This document shows, one piece after another, positions 8,803-16,343 of a stretch of DNA of 16,343 nucleotides. The stretch's first letter is position 1. Each line of letters opens with the position of its first letter. The notes under the pieces were generated by a model. The model did no database searches. It was given only the letters and a program-made list of their open reading frames with translations, and was not told where the DNA came from. Where the stretch lies: assembly GCA_965215885.1 (NCBI GenBank), contig CBDCEW010000034.1, positions 1-16,343 on the forward strand, given 5' to 3'. The translations under genes and the position numbers were made by a program. The stretch comes from Candidatus Moanibacter sp. (GTDB lineage Bacteria > Verrucomicrobiota > Verrucomicrobiia > Opitutales > UBA2987).

Positions 8803-8841
8803 TATTCCTAAGCGCTCTGCCGGGTGGCAGAGCGGGGAATA
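8803..8841. terminator. Strong hairpin between convergent genes (terminator-like or repeat)
   Basis: CGCTCTGCC-gggt-GGCAGAGCG is a perfect 9-bp stem, with outer TATTCC/GGAATA. No clean U-tract. Confidence 0.45.
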
Positions 8842-8881
8842 AGAGAGGGGAAGATGCTGAAATGGTGGATTTGGGGTAGGA

Positions 8882-8981
8882 TGGAAGAGCAGGATAGTTG
8901 AAAAGTTGCTGAGTTTCAGAGTCGCAAATGAACAGGGCTGCTGACCGAAATGCTCCCGCATTCCGCTACTTACTATATTGA
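8882..8981. repeat. Dispersed intergenic repeat, copy A, containing a GTAG REP-like hairpin
   Basis: Aligns with 11211-11370. The 24-bp core CGAAATGCTCCCGCATTCCGCTAC is identical at 8946-8969 and 11335-11358. Confidence 0.85.
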
Positions 8982-9037
8982 TGTACTGCGACCTGAATGG
9001 CGCTAAGATAAAGGCCATTAACGAGCCCGAAAGTGCA

Positions 9038-9095
9038 GTAGCGCGCTGCTTTAGCCCGCATCGATGCAAAAGCTCGGGCTAAAGTACCGAGCTAC
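9038..9095. repeat. Inverted REP doublet (REPIN-like)
   Basis: GTAGCGCGCTGCTTTAGCCCGC on + and GTAGCTCGGTACTTTAGCCCGAG on -. CTTTAGCCCG/CGGGCTAAAG is a perfect 10-bp inverted pair. Confidence 0.75.
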
Positions 9096-9201
9096 GAATC
9101 GCTTAACTTGCCCGACAACTACTGTGACCCCTGATTCTCACGTTGCGCGTCCCACTAACTCTTCCTTACCATAGGACTTCACTCTCTTATGAAAGCTCCA
9201 C

Positions 9202-11103
9202 TCAATTCGCTTCAATGATAAGGCGGGGACCATTCGGGACGTCTGTAACGGCCTGAAGTTGTGCTGTTGTGGTGTCCCACGCCAGAAGCGACTTTGTCGC
9301 CAGGCCGACCAACAGAGGCTTGGATCTCAGGTGGTAGATACTCTCAAGAGTGCCCTTTTCGAAACTGTATCGATTCTTTTCCTCGTTAGTCTCTGTATCG
9401 ATAACGACGATTTCCTTCCTGCTATGTGCCGTAACAAACCTTCTGTTTGTGGTTCTGAGGATCATCCTAGGCAAACCCTTGAGTGGAACATACTTGATGA
9501 GGTTGCCGCTGGAAGTCTCAATGATCGTGATGTCGTTGCTTTGTCGATTCAATGCATAAAGAAATCTCTCACCCGGATCTGAAGTGAGGGAGCTATTTAA
9601 CGAGTTAAATCCATTCAAAGCAGCGTGAGAATTAAGGGGCCCCACTAGGACTGCCTGCAGGAAATCAGACATCAAAAATTCGATATTAGGTTGAACATTT
9701 ATTTCCATCAATCCAGACGACTCAGTCGCCGAACCAGACCCTGGCGCATAGGAAACTGCAGGACCCAACTCCACCATCAGCATAGCGCGAACTAGAATTT
9801 TGTTAGTCTTTACAGAAGATCGCCCTGTAACGACAACCTGCTCTAAAGCCTTGCTTTTAAGATCCAGCAATCCTACGCGCCCCGATGGCAAAAAGGCATT
9901 TTGATTCAGGCGATATTCTCTAAATGCAACCATGCCTGAATCTGGAAGATAAAGGATCTCTCGCGGATAACCCACAATTTTGGCGCCACTTCCTGACTTG
10001 ATGTGGGCGCTACTCTTTTTGGATAAGCCAATGTACGATATCAGCGATGGTCCAACGTCTGGAATATAGCTAATCTCATCGCGCCCCCAGACGAAAAGGC
10101 CCGGCTGACCGCCATATCGCTGAATAAACTGAGGCAGCTTGCAGATTTCATCTACTCGAACAATCTCCCGGCCGTGAATCTGGTATAGTCTACCCGTACG
10201 GTCACGTGGCGCCGCATAAGATATAACGCTGACGCCGTCGCTCACTTCGTCGTATGCAATGTCCAAAATCCGCGTTCCAACATCATGCTTTGCTAACGTA
10301 TCAATTTCCTGCACGTCGATTACATGAAGCTGACCGTCGGATTCTTTTTGTCCTGAGAAACCGCGTCGGTTTTCCAGCACATAGAGGAATTTCTCGTCAC
10401 GAGAGAGAATCATCTCCATCGGCATTTTATCAAATCCCATTGCGAGCACCGGCTCGGCGAGACCGAGTTCGTAGACGAGCAGATATGGCTTACCAGAGTC
10501 ATATTGTTCCTTTCGCCCTCCCTCGCGATGCCTGCCGAGCACAAAGATTCTGGAGAGTTCTCGATTGAACAATACCTGCCGCCATAAGAACCCGTTTGAA
10601 ATGCGAGCCGAAACCTGCTGAGTTTGGATATCAATTACCGTCAATCTTGAAGGCATATCCCTCTTAAAGTTACGACCTGCTTTCTGCCCATGCGCGAAAC
10701 AAACCACGTGTTTTCCGTCATCTGATAAGGCGACGGTTCCGGCATTCCAACCTACCGAAACTCTTTTTGTAACTTCACCTGTTGAGAGATTGATGAAAGC
10801 GAGGCTGCTTGACTTATACTCTTGCTTCTTAGTCGGATTCAACGTCAGGGCGCCATTAAGCAAAACGTAGAGGATATTCTTTCCGGGGCCCAACATGGCG
10901 AAACTCGGCGGTCCGGCGAGAGGAATCGTATTGGCAATTTCAAAACTCTCACTATCGATCACCGAGACTGACGGCGGATTTACATTGAGCACGTAAAGTT
11001 CATCACGCCCATGCATTCTCTCGGTTGAAACGGCAAGTAGTAGAAGACAAAGAAATACTACAATTTCACCCACCCTACTGCGCTTACCGGCGTATGCTAT
11101 CAT
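9202..11103 (-). CDS. YVTN/YncE-type beta-propeller repeat protein, likely secreted, 633 aa
   Basis: Repeated blades LYVLN..SVSVID, LSRDEKFLYVL and FLYALNRQSNDITIIET, with a hydrophobic signal-like N-terminus. ATG 11103 with GGAG RBS (track start 11151). Confidence 0.85.
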   Translation of the reverse strand: MIAYAGKRSRVGEIVVFLCLLLLAVSTERMHGRDELYVLNVNPPSVSVIDSESFEIANTIPLAGPPSFAMLGPGKNILYVLLNGALTLNPTKKQEYKSSSLAFINLSTGEVTKRVSVGWNAGTVALSDDGKHVVCFAHGQKAGRNFKRDMPSRLTVIDIQTQQVSARISNGFLWRQVLFNRELSRIFVLGRHREGGRKEQYDSGKPYLLVYELGLAEPVLAMGFDKMPMEMILSRDEKFLYVLENRRGFSGQKESDGQLHVIDVQEIDTLAKHDVGTRILDIAYDEVSDGVSVISYAAPRDRTGRLYQIHGREIVRVDEICKLPQFIQRYGGQPGLFVWGRDEISYIPDVGPSLISYIGLSKKSSAHIKSGSGAKIVGYPREILYLPDSGMVAFREYRLNQNAFLPSGRVGLLDLKSKALEQVVVTGRSSVKTNKILVRAMLMVELGPAVSYAPGSGSATESSGLMEINVQPNIEFLMSDFLQAVLVGPLNSHAALNGFNSLNSSLTSDPGERFLYALNRQSNDITIIETSSGNLIKYVPLKGLPRMILRTTNRRFVTAHSRKEIVVIDTETNEEKNRYSFEKGTLESIYHLRSKPLLVGLATKSLLAWDTTTAQLQAVTDVPNGPRLIIEAN

Positions 11104-11210
11104 TTCGGTTCTCCAGAAGCCACTCCTATCGATTGCAGAAGCGATTATCAAGGATCAAGACAGATATTTTAAGAGGACAGGCTCCTCGCTGCACTGAGAT
11201 GACGGAGTTG

Positions 11211-11370
11211 TGGAAGGTTGGGAAAGTGGAACAGTTGAAGGGTTGCAGAGTCGCAGAATGACCAGTAAAGTGTCGTAGTCCCGTTCAGCGTGACTGAGAC
11301 TTTGCCATACAGCTTGGTGGCCAGTGCTGCAAAACGAAATGCTCCCGCATTCCGCTACCTACTAGATCGA
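11211..11370. repeat. Dispersed intergenic repeat, copy B, with a 59-bp insert
   Basis: Homologous to 8882-8981 in the same orientation. The extra segment is bounded by CCAGT at 11262-11266 and 11321-11325. Confidence 0.85.
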
Positions 11371-11450
11371 AGCATGTAGCAGAATGTGTTAACTTTTCGA
11401 TGGTGAGGCTGTTCGGTGCCCCGTAACCAGTTGGAAGGATTGGAGACGGT

Positions 11451-11497
11451 GCCCCTTCGACTTGGCTCAGGGCCTCCGGCAGGTTTCGGGTGTCAGG
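11451..11497. repeat. Intergenic hairpin plus a 20-mer shared with the IS end
   Basis: GCCCCTTCGACTTGGCTCAGGGC imperfect hairpin, then GGCAGGTTTCGGGTGTCAGG, which is 19/20 identical to 4990-5009. Confidence 0.65.
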
Positions 11498-11639
11498 AAG
11501 GAGTAGACAATGAACAGTCGGGAGAGCAACCTGATTGCTGATTACTTGTCATCGTTCCCTTTTTCATTCGCGTCGATTCGTGTAATTCGCAGTTTCGCTC
11601 TTCAACTCTTGGTTGCGGGCACGCTGCGCTAGGAAATCC

Positions 11640-12491
11640 ATGGCCAAGAATGACGATCCGATAGCTTCCGGCAATTACCCACTCGAACCGAGGGAGGGAG
11701 AGGAAGAACGTCTTCGCATACAGGCGGAGGCCATGAGATCCGACGCAGCGATCATGTTGGATAGGGTCGGAGTAAGCGAAGGCTGGCGCTGCCTCGATTT
11801 GGGATGCGGCGCGGGTGGTATCACCGACCTTTTGAGCGAACGTGCGGGTGAATCAGGGAGCGTTGTCGGTCTGGACTCGGATCCCACGCTGCTGAAGGCC
11901 GCCAAGGGCTGGGCGACGACGAAGGGAATGGCGAACACGGAATTCGTCGAAGGTAACGCCTACGCCACAAATCTGCCGGGTGACTCCTTTGACTTTGTTC
12001 ACATTCGTTTTCTGCTCAGCACCGCGGGACAGCCGCAACCCCTACTCAGAGAAGCATATCGACTGACGCGTCCGGGCGGCGTGCTCGCGATTGAGGAGCC
12101 CGATGCGGAAATGCTCAACTGCTACCCGCCGCATCCGGCCTGGAATCGTCTCAAAAACCTCCTCATCGATGGATTCGCCGCGGTCGGAGCGGATCTTACC
12201 TTGGGAAGCCGAGCCTACTCGTTAATGCTGGCCCAAGGTCTCACGGATGTTGTCTACCGGCCTTTCATCGTTGGGGTGCGAAACGTCGATCCCATGGTAG
12301 ACTACCTGCCCCAAACCATCGAGTCGATACGCACCACTTTACTTAAACACGGCCTTACCAGTTCCGAAGAGCTCGACAACCTAATTGCCGAATGCCGGAA
12401 CCACCTCACCGACCCGAACACCGTATTCACAACCTATCTCGTCGCCCAGGTTTGGGGGAGGAAGAGAAGAGTCGAAAGTCTAAAAGCCTAA
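11640..12491 (+). CDS. Class I SAM-dependent methyltransferase, 283 aa
   Basis: Motif I CLDLGCGAG, VVGLD, SFDFVH and LTRPGGVL. ATG 11640 with AGGA upstream (track start 11613). Confidence 0.92.
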   Translation: MAKNDDPIASGNYPLEPREGEEERLRIQAEAMRSDAAIMLDRVGVSEGWRCLDLGCGAGGITDLLSERAGESGSVVGLDSDPTLLKAAKGWATTKGMANTEFVEGNAYATNLPGDSFDFVHIRFLLSTAGQPQPLLREAYRLTRPGGVLAIEEPDAEMLNCYPPHPAWNRLKNLLIDGFAAVGADLTLGSRAYSLMLAQGLTDVVYRPFIVGVRNVDPMVDYLPQTIESIRTTLLKHGLTSSEELDNLIAECRNHLTDPNTVFTTYLVAQVWGRKRRVESLKA

Positions 12492-12492
12492 G

Positions 12493-12518
12493 GTCGGGCC
12501 CGAAGCTCGGAGCCTGAC
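12493..12518. terminator. Hairpin directly after the methyltransferase stop
   Basis: GTCGGGC-CCGA-agc-TCGG-a-GCCTGAC. No U-tract, so it may be a repeat rather than a terminator. Confidence 0.35.
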
Positions 12519-12578
12519 GAAGGCAGACCTTTCCCACAACATCTGAGCGTGCCCCACGGTATTTTGATTCTCGGAGCA

Positions 12579-14353
12579 TTAGGTGATGATATTGATGGCC
12601 TTATGTAAGTTAAAGACGAAATCATCACAGAGTGCGGGAGTGGATTCAGCGCCCATGGAAGACTTGAGGCTGAGAACCAGTTGCCTGCATGCAGCAAGAA
12701 TTCTGGCTGCGTTATGATTACGGATCATACATCGATCTTCATCGAAGAAGCGATCCCTGGGGTAATGATTTTTATTTTCGATCGACCAATGGTTGCGAAT
12801 TTTCGAGAGGAACTGTTGAGGGCTCAAATCGGCGGGATCGAGACTGCTTACGTAGTAAGAGCGTTCAGAGGAAGGTTCAGCTTTGTTTGGATAATGGAAG
12901 GTGCGTTGCACACAGGCGAACTGGCGGGCATGGGGCAGGCCGGCAGAGGGAGCGCTTAGAGAATGGGTTGCTATTTGACGTATTTCGAGTCGCCCATGGT
13001 CATTGTCCACGGTTTGGTGGAGAAAAAGGGGGTGGAGCTGAAGAGATTCTGAGCGTATTGATGCATGTTGGGCTGATTGTCTTTAATTTGAATAACATAG
13101 TCAGCACTGAGTTCTTCGACGACGATGTGGGCAGTTTCTTTTTGATTATGCATGGCGTCGAAGGTGAAGGTGGAGCCGTCCAAAATGGGCATCTTTCGCA
13201 AGAGAGTCTGGGCGGCGGTGATCGCGTTGGATTTATCGGCGGTAGCGACTTGGGCTAAGGTTTGAGCGCTTTGGTGATCGACTGCGGCCACCAGGTGCAG
13301 AGCCTTTGATTCTTCGGTGTTTGTGCCTTTGAGGGTCTTGCCGTCGACGGCAATATCGCGGGGCAAACAGCCGTCTTGTAAGCAGATGAATTCGGTGAGG
13401 GTTTTATCGAAGAGCTCGGCCTTTACGTTTTGCAAGACCCGATAGAAGACATCATAGCAAGGGGCCTTATAGCGGCCTGTTTTGGGGTTTTTCCAGGAGC
13501 GTAAGGCGCGCAATTGGGCTTGATTGAGATGATGGGCCAGGCGCACGATGCCCTTGAGGGTCTGTTTGCCGCACATCGTGCCGAGCACAATCATGCTCAG
13601 GACCGTGGCGAGCCGATATCTAAGGCCCGCTTTACGACGGAAGTCTTCTATCTGATTGAAGCGTTCCCACAGGCTGCTCATCTGTTCCACTTTGAGGCAG
13701 ACCGCATGGGAGTTATCGGTTTCATTGAGCGCCTGGCTCTGTGCCGCGGGCAATGGCCCTGAAGCGCGCAAAAGCTCAAGGGCATTAGCCTTGAGGGGTT
13801 TGACCCAGATCTGCTTGGGACGCTCATGGCGTTGATAGAAATCTTCGCGTTGGCGGCCATATCCCGCGCTCAAGCCCAAGGGCGTCCACCCGCTCGCTTC
13901 GTAGCAAGTGCCCCGGTGAATCTGTGGGTCCACGAACGTTTCCGCTACTAAGGGACGATAGCCAAAAGCCTCCTGCCAGTGATCGGCTAAGACTCTCAGG
14001 CACATACCCAACGTCTTGGAGGCCAAATTTGCAAGATCCACCCCGGGCAAAATCAGAAAACGCCGGTTCTGTACTACCAGTTTCAATCGTGCATGCCGTT
14101 GCGCCCCGTCCCTCCCGATCCATTCGTCTCGATCCTTCAGCCGGTAGGATGCGGCCCCCCACAAGAGCAGGCCCATCCATTGCCCGTCGATCTGCGCCAC
14201 ATAGCGCAGGGTCTCTCCTGCGCTGCCCGCACTGTGTAAATAATGATGTTGTTTCAATAGATCATTGAATCGCTCCTGCTCTTCGGGCAGGACCAGACGC
14301 AGAGTTAAACGATCTATCGAAGGATTCAGTTGGTAAGATTTTTTGTCTTTCAT
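12579..14353 (-). CDS. DUF4338/DruA-like domain fused to ISAs1 transposase, two ORFs joined by a -1 shift (about 591 aa)
   Basis: ORF1 (12971-14353) has HHYL, RDEWIG, NRRFLILP, NLAS and ETFVD..GTCY.ASGW (DUF4338-like), then IEDFRRKAGLRY, IAVDGKTLKG, FDAMH and IKDNQP. ORF2 (12579-13010) has HGRLEIR and IRNHWSIEN. CCCCCTTTTT lies at 13032-13023. Confidence 0.88.
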
Positions 14354-14412
14354 CCCATCTTAACATGACTGATTCCCTCGGGTTTGTTTAGCTCTTTTTT
14401 TATCTTCTTGCT

Positions 14413-14425
14413 TATCAGCTAGTTG
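14413..14425 (+). promoter_or_regulatory. Putative IHF-binding site near the ISAs1 left end
   Basis: TATCAGCTAGTTG fits WATCARNNNNTTR, has an AT-rich upstream tract and sits next to the IR. Confidence 0.35.
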
Positions 14426-14448
14426 CTTCCTGGAATCCTTTTACCCTG

Positions 14449-16198
14449 AGCCCCCACCGCTTGGAAGCAAATAAAGGTTATCAAACCTGGTGGGCACAAT
14501 ATACTCCTCAACCTCGTTCTGCCCAGTTAGAAGATCGATAAGACCTGGCTTACGTGGCTTCTCGAAGAGCTGGTGCTGGGAGGGACGCCGCAAGTCAGAA
14601 TCAATTATGAGCACTTTCTGTCCTCCCAAAGCCATCACCACACCCAGATTATGCAATGTAGTCGATTTCCCTTCGCCGGGGCCAGCCGACTGTACGGCAA
14701 GGACATTTCCCCCTACGTCTTCGCGCGCAAGCTCCAAATTAGTCTGAATGACTCGGAACGGCTCCGTCTCAAAACTCCTGAAATTCCCTTCGTCGACGAT
14801 TACAAGATTCTTCGTACCCACGCCCAAGACCGGCAACTGAAGCTTACGTTCCATATCGTCAACGGAGCGAAAGCTCGTGTCAAAAAACTCAACCAGAAAT
14901 GCACAGCCGACACCGAGAACTATGCCCACCACAAATGAGAGTCCAACATTTATGATCCAATTGGGCTTGGCCGCCCTTAGAGGGGGCACCGCTTCGTTCA
15001 ATACTTCGATTGTACGCTTGGGCACTTGAAAATCGATCTCCCGCTGACGAAGCGTAAGCCTGAAAGTCTTTAGAAGATTCTCCTCATCGCCCAATTTCTG
15101 CACTGCATCCTGGAACGGACGCATCCTGCTTTGCGCATCGAGGATCTGGTCGGCACGGGCCAGAACGAGTTGCTTCTCCAGTTCCTCCGTCCTCGCCTTG
15201 GCCTCAAGATAGGAGATTTTAAGCGATTCTTCGTAGCCTTCAAGCAGATCGGCAAGTTGCTCGCGAATCTTGTTGAGTGACTCCGTGGCCTCTATGAAAT
15301 CGGGATGGGCTTCGCCAAACCTGCCTTTCAAACGTGCATAGTTCTGTTCCGCGACAAGGTAAGCCTGCATGAGATTCTGGATATTTGGATCAGGTATCAA
15401 CTCCGAGTTCACCATTTTGAATCGTTCCTCGGCTGGGATCGATTTGAAAAGTTCCCAACGTGTCTTTCGGGACATCGTATCCACCCTCAGAGCGATATGG
15501 GTGCGTTCCAACTGCCTTAAATTGTCAATATCCAACTGAGTGGTCTCCGCATTGAGATCGACTCCCGCAATCTTCCACTTTTTGCGCAGGTTTTCGACCA
15601 CATCCCTCTGCTGCGAAACAATCGTTTCCTGCAAATGGAGTTCCTCTTTCAAATTCTCGATCCCCTCCGTTTGCCCGGAGGTGGCAAAGGCGATTCTATC
15701 CTCGGCGTAGATGCGCGCGATCTCGTTGGCAATGAGAGCGGCCAGATCGGGGTCCTCCTGAACCAGAACACCAATATCGATAAGGGAGGTGCCGGGTCTT
15801 GATTTCACATCGAGCATTCTCTTCAGCATATAATAATAAGTGTCCTCGAGGGACAAAAAGCCTCCCAGCTTTTCTTGGAGCAGCTTTTGCAAATCGAGAC
15901 TCTCAATCACCTTCTTGAGGATCTTCTTACTCTGGATTATCTCGAATTGCTCCTGAATGAAATAGGGATCAAAACTCGCTGAAGTCTGGTGCTGAAAGAC
16001 CGAGACTTCGCCTTCCGGCTTCTCTACCCGTATACCGGAAACAGCCATAAACCATTTCGGCATAAAATAGGTTACAGCTGCTGCTATCAGCACCGAAATT
16101 AGAACAAAGACAAAGATAAGCGGCCAACGATTCTTAAGGATCTTAAGAAAATCGGTTAGTGTTACCCCTTCGGGAGATAACTTCTGGAAAGGTTCCAT
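14449..16198 (-). pseudogene. wzc: Wzc/GumC-type polysaccharide co-polymerase/tyrosine autokinase, C-terminally truncated by ISAs1
   Basis: Wzz-like N-terminus with TM, coiled coil, second TM, Walker A GPGEGKST and A' LIIDSDLRRP. It stops at LYLLPSGGG where the IS begins. Walker B and the tail are missing, and the TAA stop comes from the IR. Confidence 0.88.
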
Positions 16199-16301
16199 GA
16201 CTTGGTTCCCTAAACGCCTACCCCGCGACTCGCAAAATAAACACGGGTTAATTTCTGAACCGTCCGGCTGGCTGTTACCCGATCGATATCAGCGGCCTAA
16301 G

Positions 16302-16328
16302 AGCGTGTCGGATGCCGTCCGGCACGCT
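16302..16328. repeat. Intergenic hairpin upstream of wzc
   Basis: AGCGTGTCGGA-tgccg-TCCGGCACGCT, an 11-bp stem with one G-U pair. Confidence 0.5.
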
Positions 16329-16343
16329 TCTAAAGCCCAAAAC

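Larger units (their letters stand above)
12555..14448 (-). mobile_element. ISAs1-family insertion sequence, 1894 bp
   Basis: Ends CAGGGTAAAAGGATTCCAGG (rc of 14429-14448; CAGGG tip typical of ISAs1) and CACGGTATTTTGATTCTCGG (12555-12574) match 13/20. No target duplication seen. Confidence 0.85.

Noticed and set aside
8779..9069. 96-aa minus-strand ORF (and 11025-11261)
   Set aside because: They run through intergenic repeats, with no RBS or recognisable protein features.
8882..11370. CRISPR array or integron attC sites
   Set aside because: Only two copies 2.4 kb apart, with no regular spacers, no cas or intI gene and no clear RYYYAAC/GTTRRRY boxes.
13221..13235. KSNAI instead of the usual ISAs1 KSNEI as proof of inactivation
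   Set aside because: A single GAG/GCG difference outside the candidate triad cannot be judged without an alignment.
12971..14353. Druantia anti-phage system
   Set aside because: Only a DruA-like domain is present, fused to a transposase inside IS ends. There is no DruE helicase or other dru gene in the window.

Overview
IS-dense bacterial region (gene style and repeats suggest Verrucomicrobia/PVC; inference only). It holds four insertion-sequence copies from three families. (1) A partial copy (1-318) and a complete copy (4920-6836) of an IS5-like/ISNCY DDE element. (2) A 2383-bp element (1313-3695) with an unusual 741-aa DDE-type transposase, which has cleanly split a P-loop ATPase gene and left an AATTT duplication. 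(3) An ISAs1-family element (12555-14448) whose transposase is fused to an N-terminal DUF4338/DruA-like domain, needs a -1 shift at a C5T5 run, and truncates a wzc-like kinase gene. Host genes are a sugar phosphate isomerase/epimerase, a probably 5'-truncated membrane protein, a PQQ-dependent sugar dehydrogenase, a YVTN/YncE-type beta-propeller protein and a class I SAM methyltransferase. Intergenic DNA is rich in GTAG-footed REP-like hairpins and short-period repeats, some shared with the non-coding end of an IS. No rRNA, tRNA or CRISPR array was seen. Family assignments come from motif recognition, not database searches.
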